Numbered from the stretch's first letter, positions 29,890 through 41,019 are shown. The stretch is DNA of 64,000 nt from an uncultured Verrucomicrobiae bacterium (GCA_963726745.1 CAVSDR010000006.1:544001-608000); one strand, 5' to 3'. A program made the numbers and translations. The notes: generated by a model from the sequence alone, not told the origin.

Positions 29890-30821
29890 CAGTTTCCCTT
29901 TGCCTCCAGCTTCCACTTCTTCGGCAGCTTTTGTTTCAGCGTTAGCACCGGTTCGAAGAGGTCACCCACCTCCTCTACGCGCGCGAGCACCTGCTCGGGG
30001 GTGAAACTCAGCAGCGCCGGCTTCCTTTTCTTTCGGCACTGCTCGACCTCCTCCCAGCTTACCGGCGTGGAAACTGTCGGCTGCTCCTTCGCCCGGAGCG
30101 AGTAAACGCTCACCGTCGTCTTGTGCTCGTCGTTTTGACTCCAGTCGACCAGCACTTTTCCCTCGCGCAATTTCTTCAGCATCTTATGCACGACCAGCTT
30201 CGGGTGCGCCTGCTCCAGGTGCTCGGCGAGGGCTCGGGCCAGCGCCTTGGTCTGATCAAAAATAGCCGGCGAGTTCAGCGGCACGTAGACCTGGAGACCC
30301 TTCGAGCCGCTCGTCTTGGCAAAGCTCTCGAGCTTCATTTCGCCTAACAAGTCGCGCAGCAAAAGGCCCACCTCGCAGCATTGCACCATGTCCGCCGGCG
30401 CGCCCGGGTCGAGGTCGAAAACCATCATCGTGGGCTTGGCGACGTTCCGCTTCTTGGCCAGCGATGTGTGCAGCTCGATGTCCGCCAGGTTGGCCGCCCA
30501 GACGAGCGTCGGCAGATCCTGCGCCAGGCAGTAATACATGTCGCGCTGGTTCCCTTCGCTCCAGACCTTGGCTGTCTTCACCCAGCCTGGCCGATGCGAC
30601 GGGCAGTTCTTCTCGTAGAAAAACTCCTCCTCCACGCCATTTGGGTAACGCTTTAAGGTCAGCGGCCGGTCCTGCAGATGCGGGAGGAGCACCGGCCCGA
30701 TGCGGACGTAGTAATCGATCATCTCTCCCTTGGTGAATCCGGTCTTGGGCCAGAGCACCTTCTCCAGGTTCGAGACCGGCAGCTTCCGTCCCGCCACGAT
30801 CAATTCCGCTTTCGTACCCAT
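29889..30821 (-). CDS. Stand-alone LigD polymerase (primase-polymerase) domain protein
   Basis: SNLEKVLWP, RPLTLKRYPNG, VFDLDPG, KTSGSKGLQVYVPL, VLVDWSQN..KT.VSVYSLR. Confidence 0.9.
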   Translation of the reverse strand: MGTKAELIVAGRKLPVSNLEKVLWPKTGFTKGEMIDYYVRIGPVLLPHLQDRPLTLKRYPNGVEEEFFYEKNCPSHRPGWVKTAKVWSEGNQRDMYYCLAQDLPTLVWAANLADIELHTSLAKKRNVAKPTMMVFDLDPGAPADMVQCCEVGLLLRDLLGEMKLESFAKTSGSKGLQVYVPLNSPAIFDQTKALARALAEHLEQAHPKLVVHKMLKKLREGKVLVDWSQNDEHKTTVSVYSLRAKEQPTVSTPVSWEEVEQCRKKRKPALLSFTPEQVLARVEEVGDLFEPVLTLKQKLPKKWKLEAKGN

Positions 30822-30961
30822 GCTTCAGCGAAAGAATCGCAGCCCACCGCGCCCCCGCGTGTCACCCTCGTCGAGACTAACCCGCCGGCTCGGGCCGATC
30901 GTGCAAAACATGGCGGACCGCGCGCTTAAGCATCCGCCCTTGAACGTTGCGGGCATTATGC

Positions 30962-31435
30962 CTAACGAGGCTTGCTCTGTCGGAATGTCCGGCAGCAGAA
31001 AACCGGCAAGGTGCGTGGCTCGCCTTCGAAGATCGTGGTGTTTGTCCGAATCTGCGTCGCTCCCATGCGCGCATAGAAGCCGGCGGCGTGCGGGTCCGAC
31101 TCAATCTCAAAACTCTCATAGCCCCATCCGTAGGCGGATCGCTGCGAGTGGAGAAAAAGCGCGCGCCCAATTCCGCGACCCATTTCCGCAGGTCTCACCC
31201 AAAGATGCTCGAGACGGAGCGCGCCGTCTTCCTGGATGAAGGCGGCAAACCCAAGGGTGCGCCCTCCCGTCCGCGCCACGAAAGTCTCGTGCGTCGCAAT
31301 AAACTCCGGCGTCACTGTCAGGAGCGTGTGCCATTGCCGCAGCCACGCTTCCGGGTATCCCCAGTGGCGCTTGGCCGCGAAGGCGATCTCCGTGAGGATT
31401 TCAGCCTCGGCCGGAAGCGCAGGCGTGATTTTCAC
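30962..31435 (-). CDS. GNAT family N-acetyltransferase
   Basis: AKRHWGYP, LWVRPAEMGRGIGRAL, SDPHAAGFYARMGA. Confidence 0.88.
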   Translation of the reverse strand: MKITPALPAEAEILTEIAFAAKRHWGYPEAWLRQWHTLLTVTPEFIATHETFVARTGGRTLGFAAFIQEDGALRLEHLWVRPAEMGRGIGRALFLHSQRSAYGWGYESFEIESDPHAAGFYARMGATQIRTNTTIFEGEPRTLPVFCCRTFRQSKPR

Positions 31436-31707
31436 AAAAGGGTTGGACTACCTAACGAGACCCCAAGGCTCGAAGGGATCATGCGCCGCGCGCCGTCGAA
31501 GGAGCGCCCAATAAGAGGAGAGGCACGAGAAGAAACCCGCATCCAGGGCCAGAAGTCGTCCGCCAGGGTATCAGCCTTCTGCATCGTGATCACGACCCGG
31601 AGTAATCCGATCACCGGGAGGCACACGCCCACCATCCCGGCGGACACCGTAAAGATGTGGATGCAGAGGTCGTCTTCGAGAGGAATTCGTGATCCCGTGG
31701 GACGCAT
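31432..31707 (-). pseudogene. Degraded or frameshifted small membrane protein gene
   Basis: LEDDLCIHIFTVSAGMVGVCL.VIGLLRVV...DTLADD continues in another frame as LALDAGFFSCLSSYWAL and then degenerates. Confidence 0.45.
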
Positions 31708-31872
31708 GGTTAAAGGTGGAGCGCTTCGTCACGGGGTCAAAACAGACCACGTGCAGAACTGCGGAAGCAGGCAATGGAACAAGGCGCGGTTGTTCTTCGC
31801 TCGCTGCCCAATCCTGGCATTTTCGTTCCGGTAGTTCGCGCCATCCGGTCCAGGCATCAGACACGACCGCCA

Positions 31873-32349
31873 TCAGATGGGCTCACTCGGCCCGCGGTCG
31901 TCGCCCAATGCCATCACCAGTTCCACAATCCCATCCCCCTCGCCGGTCTCCTCGCGCACCGGACGGAAGCCGCACTTCTCGAGCACGCGAATTGAGGCGC
32001 GATTGTGCTTTGCCACGTGAGCGTAAAGCGGCCGCAGCTCGATCCCGGCGACGAACTGCGCCACCGCCGCCGTCGCGATCCCTTGGCCCCAATACTCCCG
32101 GCCGAGCCAGTAACCGATGTTCGGCGCACCGGCCGCGTCCCAACTGGCAATGTTTCCCGCCACCGCCCCGTCCACTAGGATGGTGCGCAGCAGGCCGGTC
32201 GTGTTCCCCATGATCTTCTCCCAGTGCGCCATGAAAGCTTCCCGGTCGCGGCTCGGAAACGCGGCCATCCGCGTGGCCTCCGGATCGAGTTGATGCTCAA
32301 AAAAAAGCGGCAGATCTGCCGGGCTGACTTTGCGGAGCGTGACCGTCAT
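31873..32349 (-). CDS. GNAT family N-acetyltransferase (RimJ/RimL-like)
   Basis: IGYWLGREYWGQGIATAA, HNRASIRVLEKCGF. Confidence 0.9.
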   Translation of the reverse strand: MTVTLRKVSPADLPLFFEHQLDPEATRMAAFPSRDREAFMAHWEKIMGNTTGLLRTILVDGAVAGNIASWDAAGAPNIGYWLGREYWGQGIATAAVAQFVAGIELRPLYAHVAKHNRASIRVLEKCGFRPVREETGEGDGIVELVMALGDDRGPSEPI

Positions 32350-32489
32350 CTGCCAGTAGTCATGAACATCGGATTCGGCGACGGCAAGCTCTCGCCGCTA
32401 GGGAAAAGAATTCGATCGGCGGCCGAGGGTGGACGATCCCCTTCCCCCTTGCGCGTCCAACACTGCCTTGAAACCTTTGGAGCTTACAC

Positions 32490-33365
32490 CTACGACCGTT
32501 TGAGTTCGGCGCGTGCTTTCTTCATCTCGGCTTTTTTCTCGGCGTCGAGTTCGGGCAGGTGGAGGTGCAGCGCCTGCAGCTGATCCACGATCACGGAGCT
32601 AACGACCAGCCGGGCAAACCATTTGTTATCCGCCGGGATGACATGCCAGGGAGCGGCGGGCGTGGCCGTGGCCCGCACCATTTCTTCGAAGGCCTTTTGA
32701 TAGCGTGGCCAAAGCTTGCGCTCCTCCACGTCGCTCTTCTCGAACTTCCAGTTTTTGGTGTCGTCGTTCAGGCGCTCGAGAATCCGCCGCTTTTGTTCTT
32801 CTGGCGAAATCTGCAGGAGGAACTTGAGCACAACGGTGCCATTGCGGGTGAGATGACTTTCGAAGTCGTTGATGCTCCGGTAGCGCTCATCCCAGATTTT
32901 TTTGGTGCGCCGCTCCTTTGGCAGATTTTGGTTGTCGAGATAATCGGGGTGCACCCGCACGACGATCACCTCCTCGTAATAACTGCGGTTAAAGATGCCG
33001 ATGCGGCCGCGCTCTGGAAGCGCGAGCGAAGCGCGCCAAAGAAAGTCGTGCTTTCGCTCCTTCTCGCTCGGGGCGCGAAAGCTGGTGACCTCGCAACCCT
33101 GCGGGTTCACCCCGGAAAGGACGTGCTTGATCGTGCCATCCTTCCCGCCGGCGTCCATTGCCTGAAAGACGAGCAGGAGCGACCACTCGGCCTGCGCGTA
33201 AAGTTTCTCCTGCAGCTTGCAAAGCTGATCGCAGCCTTTCCTCAGCTCACCCTCGGCTTCCTTCTCCGACTTGAACTTGCCGGTGTCGCCGGGATCGATC
33301 TGCTTGAGCCGAAAATCTTTTCCGTGAGTGACTTGATACTGCCGGGCGAGTTTGTTTTTGGCCAC
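32490..33365 (-). CDS. ppk2: Polyphosphate kinase 2 family protein
   Basis: FQAMDAGGKDGTIKHV, GIFNRSYYEEV, PWHVIPADNKWFAR. Confidence 0.93.
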   Translation of the reverse strand: MAKNKLARQYQVTHGKDFRLKQIDPGDTGKFKSEKEAEGELRKGCDQLCKLQEKLYAQAEWSLLLVFQAMDAGGKDGTIKHVLSGVNPQGCEVTSFRAPSEKERKHDFLWRASLALPERGRIGIFNRSYYEEVIVVRVHPDYLDNQNLPKERRTKKIWDERYRSINDFESHLTRNGTVVLKFLLQISPEEQKRRILERLNDDTKNWKFEKSDVEERKLWPRYQKAFEEMVRATATPAAPWHVIPADNKWFARLVVSSVIVDQLQALHLHLPELDAEKKAEMKKARAELKRS

Positions 33366-33424
33366 GAGCCGGACTATCGCCAGTTTTGCAACCGGCGCAC
33401 GTAGTTAGCCTGCGACACTCCCCG

Positions 33425-34610
33425 TTAGGCAAAGAAGCGCGCCGGTGAGAGCATCGGCTGGGGCTGGCAAATGCGAGCCACGCAATGCTCCCAGCTCTCG
33501 TGGCCGCTCAAGATCTCGATCTCGACGCGCAGGAAGTAGATCGGCACCTCCGGGTTCATCAGGCGCGGGAAACGGACGGCGTCTTTCTCGGTGGTGACGA
33601 TCATTTCGAGGTCGCGACGCAGGCAGCGGTTGATGAAGCTTTGCAGCTCGGCCTCGGTGTAGCGGTGGTGATCGGTGTAATGCTTCGAGATCTCGATCTT
33701 GGCGCCAAGCTTTTGCAGGCCGCCTTCGAAGCTCTCGGGCGCGGCGATGCCGCAAAGCGCGCCAATGTAAGTCTCGCGCAGCCGCTCGAGCGGGAGTTGC
33801 TCGCCGGTGAAGACGTTTTGCAGGTGGAGCGGCTTGTGGGCGCACTCGATGATCTCGGCAGTGCGATTGTACTCGCGGATGCGCTGGATCAACTGGTCGT
33901 TAGGTTCGCCGGTGCTTTTGGTAATGAAGATGTAGCTCGCGCGGCGGAGATTTCGCGGTGGCTCACGCAAGGTGCCGCGCGGGAGCAAGTGTTCATTGCC
34001 GAACGGGGCCTGGCGATCGATCAGGACGATGTCGAGCCGATGCTTCAGGTGGAGGTATTGCAGGCCGTCATCGAGCAACAAAGTGTCGGCTTTTAATTCG
34101 CGGATCGCGAAGAGGCCGCTCTTCACGCGGTCTTTGTCCACCAGGACGATTACGTCCTTCAAGTTGTTCGCGAGCATGTAAGGCTCGTCGCCGGCGGTTT
34201 GGGAATCGAGCAGAAGTGACTTGCCATCGGAGACCACCCGCGGCGGCGCCGGCGACTTTCCGGCGGAAAAAGCCCTGCCGCGCCGCGGGCACCGGCACGC
34301 TTTTGTATCCGCGGCTCAGGATGGCCACGCGGCGCCCGCCGTTGTGCAGGGCGCGTGCGAATTTTTCCACGACCGGCGTTTTCCCGGTGCCGCCCACGGT
34401 TAAGTTGCCGATGCTGATCACGAGGCAGCCGAGCTGGCGCTCGCGGAAAATACGGTGCCGGTAAAGGAAGAGCCGGAGCTGGACGATGCGCTCGTAGACG
34501 ACCGAGAGGACATGGAGCAGCCCGCGGAGGAGCGAGGCGCGCACGCCATGGCGCCGATCGAGGATCACATCGATCGCGAACTGCTCGAGACTTTCAGCGC
34601 GCTGGCCCAT
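33425..34610 (-). CDS. lpxK: Tetraacyldisaccharide 4'-kinase; frameshift near 34250
   Basis: [53 protein letters not shown] over two frames. Confidence 0.92.
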
Positions 34611-35453
34611 CTAGGGATTTCGAATTTGGCGGGCGCCTCCGTTGTCGGCGGTGGTGATGATCGTGCGCGCCCCCTCCCCGGCGGCGGCGGACATGGCGTC
34701 GGCTATTTTCTGCGCCTGGCCTAACGAGACCGCGGCGATGGTGGAGCCGGAGCCGCTGAGGAAGGCGCCGAGCGCACCAGCGTTTTCGGCGGCGGCGACG
34801 ACCTGGTCGAAGAACGGGACGAGCGGTTTCCGGAAGGGTTGATGGAGCCCATCGCGGAAGGCGCCGCGGAGGTTCGCATATTTCCCGGAGGCGAAGGCGG
34901 CAGTGATGGCGGCCGCGTGGCCGCAGCTCTCGACCGCATCTTGCCGGCTAATTTTCGCCGGAAGGAGCGCGCGCGCCTTGGCCGTGGAGACTTCGAAGTC
35001 GGGGATAAGGAGGATGAACTTCAGCGCCGCGGCGACGGGGAAGCGCTGCGGGTCCGCGCCGCTGACGACGTTGAACCCGCCAAAGGTCGCGGGCGCGGCG
35101 TTGTCGGGATGGCCCTCGAGCTCGGCACAAAGCGCGAAGATCTCCGCGCGCGCAAGCGGACCGCCAGCGAGTTGATTGAGCCCATGGATCGTCCCAAGGC
35201 GGACGGTCACGCTGCTGCCGAGACCGCGCGCCATCGGCACCTCGCCAGTGATGCGCACGCGAAAGGCGAAGGGGGCGACCGCGGCGCGGGCGAAGAATTT
35301 CTCGGCTGCCGCGGCCACCATCGGCGGCACAGTTTTCCCGCGGCCGCGGGTGACGGTGATGTCGTTGTAGAGCCGCAAGGCCACGCCCAGGCAATCGTAG
35401 CCGGGCCCGAGATTCGAGGTGCTGGCAGGAACGCGAATGGTAACGGCAGGCAT
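34611..35453 (-). CDS. thrB: Homoserine kinase
   Basis: VPASTSNLGPGYD, PMARGLGSS, EGHPDNAAPA, LHQPFR, LSGSGST. Confidence 0.95.
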   Translation of the reverse strand: MPAVTIRVPASTSNLGPGYDCLGVALRLYNDITVTRGRGKTVPPMVAAAAEKFFARAAVAPFAFRVRITGEVPMARGLGSSVTVRLGTIHGLNQLAGGPLARAEIFALCAELEGHPDNAAPATFGGFNVVSGADPQRFPVAAALKFILLIPDFEVSTAKARALLPAKISRQDAVESCGHAAAITAAFASGKYANLRGAFRDGLHQPFRKPLVPFFDQVVAAAENAGALGAFLSGSGSTIAAVSLGQAQKIADAMSAAAGEGARTIITTADNGGARQIRNP

Positions 35454-35560
35454 GGCGTAGCTCCTCCGTGCGTGCCTTGCATCCGCACGCGGGGCAAGCG
35501 GATTATGCAATCGCGGACGCGCAGGGCCGCGGCGCGGGGCGAATCTTCTGCGGTGCGCAG

Positions 35561-36478
35561 ATGAAGATGTCGGAATGGATCGGGCCGGAAGCGGTGGCCG
35601 CGTTTGCCGCGGAGGAGACGGACGCCTACCGCCTCTGCACCTTTCCCGATGGCTGGGTCGAGCGCTTCGGCGCGGACATGCTCATCTCCTACAAAACGGA
35701 GAGCGCGCGCGAGCGTCTGACGACCGAACTTTTTCTCTGGGGCGCCTCGGTGCAGTTCAAGTTTCGCCGCGTCTTCGCGCGCTTTTTGCCGAAGCAGAAT
35801 GCCGAGCGCGAGGCGCCGCGGATCGTTTTTGGCGACGAGCTGGCGGACATCGCCGCGACGGCACGGGAACGCGGGGTGCGCTACGGGATCGACTTCGAAG
35901 CTGGTTACTCCTGCGGGCTCTTCCTCGACCAGCGCGAGAACCGCTCGTTTGTCCGGCGGGCGCATCCGAAGAATTTGCTGAATTGTTTCGCCTACACCTG
36001 CTCGTTCTCGGTGGTGGCCGCGCTCGCCGGGGCGAAGACCGTGAGCGTGGACCTGTCGAAGAAGTCGCTCGCGCGGGGGAAGGAAAACTTCGCGCTCAAC
36101 GGACGGGAGACGACGCCGGACCACCGCTTCATCGCGGACGATGTGATGGAATATCTCCCGCGGCTGGCGCGCAAAGGGGAGCACTTCGACGTGGTCATCC
36201 TCGATCCGCCGACCTTCTCGCGCTCGCACCGGGGCAAGGCGTGGCAGGTGGAGCGGGATTTCGAGACGCTCCTCCTGGCCGCGCTCGAGCTGGTGGAGCG
36301 CGATGCGCACATCTTGCTGTCTACCAACTGCACTTCGCTGAACGAGCGCGCGCTCGACGTGATGGCGCGCTTCTGCCTCAAGGCCACCCGCCGTGCCGGC
36401 TCGATGCAACGGACGGCGCCGCTAGTGGATTTCCCGGCCGAAGTAGGCGCGCGCACCCTCTGGCTGACGCTGCGCTAA
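35561..36478 (+). CDS. Class I SAM-dependent methyltransferase (RlmI/RlmK-like)
   Basis: GLFLDQRENR, LNCFAYTCSFSV, VDLSKKSL...NFALNG, ILDPPTFS. Confidence 0.88.
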   Translation: MKMSEWIGPEAVAAFAAEETDAYRLCTFPDGWVERFGADMLISYKTESARERLTTELFLWGASVQFKFRRVFARFLPKQNAEREAPRIVFGDELADIAATARERGVRYGIDFEAGYSCGLFLDQRENRSFVRRAHPKNLLNCFAYTCSFSVVAALAGAKTVSVDLSKKSLARGKENFALNGRETTPDHRFIADDVMEYLPRLARKGEHFDVVILDPPTFSRSHRGKAWQVERDFETLLLAALELVERDAHILLSTNCTSLNERALDVMARFCLKATRRAGSMQRTAPLVDFPAEVGARTLWLTLR

Positions 36479-36536
36479 ATGGCGGGCGGCGCCATTGCGG
36501 ACGCGCAAAAAGCCCGCACGGTGCGATGAGTAAGTG

Positions 36537-36818
36537 ATGGAAGAACAAATTGCCGAAGCCGACTTTGCGGAGCGCAGCCTGCGTTACACGCGCGATCAAT
36601 GGGATCAACTCCTCGAGCAGACGGAGGAATTTGTGCGCGAAAACCCGACCCGCGCGGTCGGCTACGCGGTCCTCGCGGGCGTGGTCCTCGACCGGCTCCC
36701 GGTCTTTCGGATTTTCGGCGGGCTCGCGCGCCTTTCGCTCATGGCCCTGAAGCCGGCCATCCTGATCTACGGCGCGACCAAGCTCTACCAGGTGGCGCAG
36801 ACCCAGGACGAAGCGTAA
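36537..36818 (+). CDS. Hypothetical protein (ElaB/DUF883-like tail)
   Basis: EEFVRENPTRAVGYAVLAGVVL segment; codon usage consistent with coding. Confidence 0.6.
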   Translation: MEEQIAEADFAERSLRYTRDQWDQLLEQTEEFVRENPTRAVGYAVLAGVVLDRLPVFRIFGGLARLSLMALKPAILIYGATKLYQVAQTQDEA

Positions 36819-36825
36819 CCGCTCG

Positions 36826-37035
36826 TTAGGCGTCGAGGGTAAAGCCGACGTCCACCGTCACCTGCCAGTGGGCCACCTGGCCATTCTCGATATGGCCGCG
36901 CGTTTCCGTGACTTCGAACCAGCGCATGTTGCGCACGGTTTTGCCGGCGCGGGCGATGGCATTGGTGACCGCTTCTTCGATGCTGTTCGGCGAAGAGCCG
37001 ACGAGCTCGATTTTCTTGTAAACGTGATCGCTCAT
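36826..37035 (-). CDS. Dodecin (flavin-binding protein)
   Basis: [41 protein letters not shown]...WQVT..VGFTL. Confidence 0.93.
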   Translation of the reverse strand: MSDHVYKKIELVGSSPNSIEEAVTNAIARAGKTVRNMRWFEVTETRGHIENGQVAHWQVTVDVGFTLDA

Positions 37036-37120
37036 CCCGGAGGTTGAACGCTCCCGGGCGTGCTGACAACCGCGATGCTTGCCCTCCCCAGCGCTTCTCT
37101 TTAAAGAGCAGGCTGTTGCC

Positions 37121-39065
37121 ATGGAAAAAAATATCGAGTCGCACCTGGTCGAGAAACGAGTCTTCAAGCCGGGCCGCGATTTCAACCGGCGGGCGCGCAT
37201 CAGCAGCCGCGAGCAATACGACCGGATGTATCGCGAATCGATCCACGCGCCGGATAAATTCTGGGCGCGCGAAGCGAAAGAGCTCACCTGGACGCGGCGC
37301 TGGAAGAAGGTGGTCGACTGGAAGCCGCCCTTCGCGAAATGGTTCGTCGGCGCCGAGCTGAACGTCTCCGAAAATTGCCTCGACCGGCATCTCGCCGGCC
37401 CGCGCCGGAACAAGGCGGCGATCATCTGGGAAGGTGAGCCGGGCGAGAAACGCACGCTCACTTACCAGCAACTTCATCGCGAGGTTTGCCGCTTCGCGAA
37501 TGTGCTCAAGCGCCAGCAAGTGCACGAAGGCGACCGCGTAATTATTTACCTCCCGACGATCCCGGAAGCCGCGATCGCGATGCTGGCCTGCGCGCGCATT
37601 GGCGCGGTCCACTCGGTCATCTTCGGCGGCTTCAGCGCCGATAGCATCCGCGACCGAATCGCGGATTGCGGCGCGACCGCGGTGATCACCGCCGACGGCA
37701 GCTACCGCCGCGGCGCGGTCTTGCCGCTGAAGAAACACGTCGACGATGCGCTCCGCGGCGAGACGACCGTGCGGCGGGTGATCGTCTTCCGCCGTGCGGG
37801 CAACGACGTGCACATCGAGGAAGGCCGCGACGTCTGGTGGCATCGCGAGATGGAATATGTGAACGCGGATTGCCCGCCCACGCCGGTCGACAGCGAGCAC
37901 CCGCTTTACATCCTCTACACCAGCGGCTCGACCGGGAAACCAAAGGGCATCCTGCACACCACTGGCGGGTATTTAGTCGGCACTTACGTGACCACGAAAT
38001 ACGTCTTCGACCTGCGCGAAGAGGACGTCTACTGGTGCACCGCGGACGTCGGCTGGGTCACCGGGCACAGCTACGTGGTCTACGGCCCGCTGGCTAATGG
38101 CGCGACCACCTTGATGTATGAAGGCGCGCCGAACTGGCCGGAGCCGGACCGCTTTTGGCGGATCATCGAGGAGTACGGAGTCAACATTCTCTACACCGCC
38201 CCCACCGCGATCCGCGCCTTCATTCGCTGGGGCGACGATTGGGTCAAGAAGCACGACCTCTCCTCGTTGCGTTTGTTAGGCAGCGTGGGCGAGCCGATCA
38301 ATCCCGAGGCCTGGATGTGGTACCACGAAAAGATCGGCGGCGGCCGTTGCCCGATCGTCGACACCTGGTGGCAGACGGAAACGGGCGCGATCATGATCAC
38401 GCCGTTGCCGGGCGCAATTCCCACGAAACCGGGGAGCGCGACACTCCCGTTCTTCGGGATCGACGCCGCGATCGTCGATGAGGAAGGGAAGGAAGTGGGC
38501 CCGAATCGTTGGCGGCAAATTGATCGTGCGAAAGCCGTGGCCCTCGATGCTGCGGACGATCTACGGCGACGACGCGCGCTACAAGGAACAATACTGGAAG
38601 GAATTCAAAGGCAGCTACCTCACGGGCGACGGCGCGCGCCGCGATAAGGACGGCTATTTCTGGATCGTCGGCCGGATCGACGACGTGCTCAACGTCGCCG
38701 GCCATCGCCTGGGCACCTCGGAAATCGAGAGCGCGCTCGTGAGCCACGCGGCGGTCGCCGAAGCGGCGGTGGTCGGCCGGCCCGATGAACTCAAGGGCCA
38801 GGGCGTGGTCGCGTTTGTGACTGTGAAAACGGGCGTCAACGCCACCCCGGCGCTCAAGGAAGAGCTGCGCCAGCACGTGGCCCAACACATTGGCGCCATC
38901 GCCCGGCCGGACGAAGTCCGCTTTGCCGAGGCGCTGCCAAAAACGCGCAGCGGCAAGATCATGCGCCGTTTACTCAAAGAGATCGCGAGCGGCAAAGCAG
39001 TCACGGGCGACACGACCACGCTGGAGGATCTCGGCGTGCTGGCAAAGCTGAGCGCGGACGACTGA
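37121..39065 (+). CDS. acs: Acetyl-CoA synthetase; frameshift near 38505
   Basis: [63 protein letters not shown]. Confidence 0.96.
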
Positions 39066-39124
39066 AGCGAGCGTCGCTGCTTGTTTTCGCTTTGGCAAAC
39101 GACGCGCGCGGCTAGCGTTCGCTT

Positions 39125-41002
39125 GTGAATTTCATTCGCACCGGATTTCGCGAGCTCGGCCTGAAAGTGCGCCGGCAGCGCACCGGCATGGCCTTGCGCC
39201 ACGAAAAGCGCGTCCTCCAGCGGGCCGAGGTCGCGCTCGGCCGCGAAGGCGTGAACCAGGCGGGCAACGTCCCCGAACTGCGCACCGAGATCGTGGCGCT
39301 GAAGAAGCTCGAGCAGGAGCAACGCGAAGTCGCGGTCCGCATCTCGCAGATCGAGGCCGCGCTCAAGCAGCTCGAAACCCAGCGGCAGGAGAACGCCCGC
39401 GCGCAGCAGGAAGCCGTCTCCGCGCTCGAGCAACGCAAGCAGCCGATCCTCCAGCGCCGCGATGAGGCACGCAAAGCTTCCGACCTGTGCGACCGCGAGC
39501 TTTCCGGCGTCGACCGCCGGTTGAGCGCGAACGATGCGACCGATCGCGACTTGCTGAAGAAGCTGACGGAGTTGCAGGCGCAAGTCCCGCCGCCGGCCGA
39601 CCTCGACACGCAGACTGCGACCCTGGGCGTGCGCCGTGGGCGCCTGCCCGAGGAGCGCGCGGAGATCGAACGTGCGCGCCTGGGCGCGGCCGAGGCTTGC
39701 CGCCAGGCGAAGACGAAATTAACCGCCTGCCAGGGCGAGCTCGACGTAATCGAAAAGGAAATCGCCGCGGTGCGCGGCGAGTTCGAGGCGAAGGATCGCG
39801 CGCTGAACGAGAACAGCCGCGCGCAGCAAGAGACGCTCAAGGAAGCGCGTGCGCAGCACCAGACCGTCGAGGAACGCAAGAACCCGGCCTACCTGAACAT
39901 CGGGCGCCATCTCGGCTCGCAGGGCATCGCGCCGCCGAACGCGCCGCATTTGCTCGAGGAAGTGCAGCGCCATCGCGCCGCGGTCGAACGCCACACGCAG
40001 CACAAGCGCGAGCTCGCCGTCCTCTCCGCCGAAATCGACAAGCAGGAGCTGCGGAAATTTTACTTCAGCATCTTCTCCGTCCTCGTGCTCCTGCCGATCA
40101 TTGTCTTCTTCGTGATGCAATCGCCGCGGCAGCGCGATTGGCTCCCGCAGGAGACGGAGGCGATCATGTCATTGAACCTGCAACAACTCCCGCAGGACGA
40201 CTTCGTGAAGCGCTGGGAAAAGGAACGCGCGCCTGAATGGCAATCGATCTGGGCCGGCCTTACCTCCAACGCCGGCCGCACTCCCGCGCTCAATCTCGTG
40301 CGCGACGCCACCCGCCTCACCCGCGCGCTCACTTCAGGCCACGCTGGCGCGGTGCGTGAGTTCCTCCTTGTGCAGACGAAGGGCGACGTCGCCCCAGTCC
40401 TCCGCGCGGTCGTGCCCGAGCAGGGCTTCGAGCGGCGCGCAGTCAGCGGGCTGCCGATTTGGGTGCGCTCGGATTTTGCGCTCGCGCGCGTCGGGCCGCG
40501 CACGCTCGCGGTCGGCACTTTCGAGAGCGTCGAGGAACTCGTGCGCGTGCGTCTCGGGATTCGTCCGGATTTGAAGATCACCGGCTCGCTCTTCGATCGG
40601 CTGGAGGCGCTGGACAAGGAGACGAGCGTGCGTTTGATCGCGCGCGATCCTGCCAGTCTCGCGCAGTTTTTCCCGGCGATCTTCAAACGCGAGCTGCTCG
40701 AGGTTTCGCAAACTCTCGCCTTCGGCCTGGCTCTCGGAAATCCGGTCAAAGGCCGGCTGATCCTGCGCACGAAATCGCCGAAAATAGCCAGCGACCTGGC
40801 GGAGCAGGTGCGGACCGATCCCGAGCGCTACCTCCGCCTGGAGAACTCCGATTACCTGCTCTACGCGCAGCCGCCGGAGGTGGTGGCGCAGGGCACCGGA
40901 GTGGAGATTCGCTTCGAGATTCCGGAGAATAGTGCTCGACTTCTCCTCCAGCGATTTGCGAGGAACAACGCCCCGCCTGCGGTCGCCGCGGCCGGGAATT
41001 AG
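39125..41002 (+). CDS. Hypothetical protein: long coiled coil, one TM helix, C-terminal globular domain
   Basis: About 310 aa of E/Q/R-rich heptads, hydrophobic FSIFSVLVLLPIIVFFV, then a mixed alpha/beta region. Confidence 0.7.
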   Translation: MNFIRTGFRELGLKVRRQRTGMALRHEKRVLQRAEVALGREGVNQAGNVPELRTEIVALKKLEQEQREVAVRISQIEAALKQLETQRQENARAQQEAVSALEQRKQPILQRRDEARKASDLCDRELSGVDRRLSANDATDRDLLKKLTELQAQVPPPADLDTQTATLGVRRGRLPEERAEIERARLGAAEACRQAKTKLTACQGELDVIEKEIAAVRGEFEAKDRALNENSRAQQETLKEARAQHQTVEERKNPAYLNIGRHLGSQGIAPPNAPHLLEEVQRHRAAVERHTQHKRELAVLSAEIDKQELRKFYFSIFSVLVLLPIIVFFVMQSPRQRDWLPQETEAIMSLNLQQLPQDDFVKRWEKERAPEWQSIWAGLTSNAGRTPALNLVRDATRLTRALTSGHAGAVREFLLVQTKGDVAPVLRAVVPEQGFERRAVSGLPIWVRSDFALARVGPRTLAVGTFESVEELVRVRLGIRPDLKITGSLFDRLEALDKETSVRLIARDPASLAQFFPAIFKRELLEVSQTLAFGLALGNPVKGRLILRTKSPKIASDLAEQVRTDPERYLRLENSDYLLYAQPPEVVAQGTGVEIRFEIPENSARLLLQRFARNNAPPAVAAAGN

Positions 41003-41019
41003 CCAGCGCTTTCTCTCCC

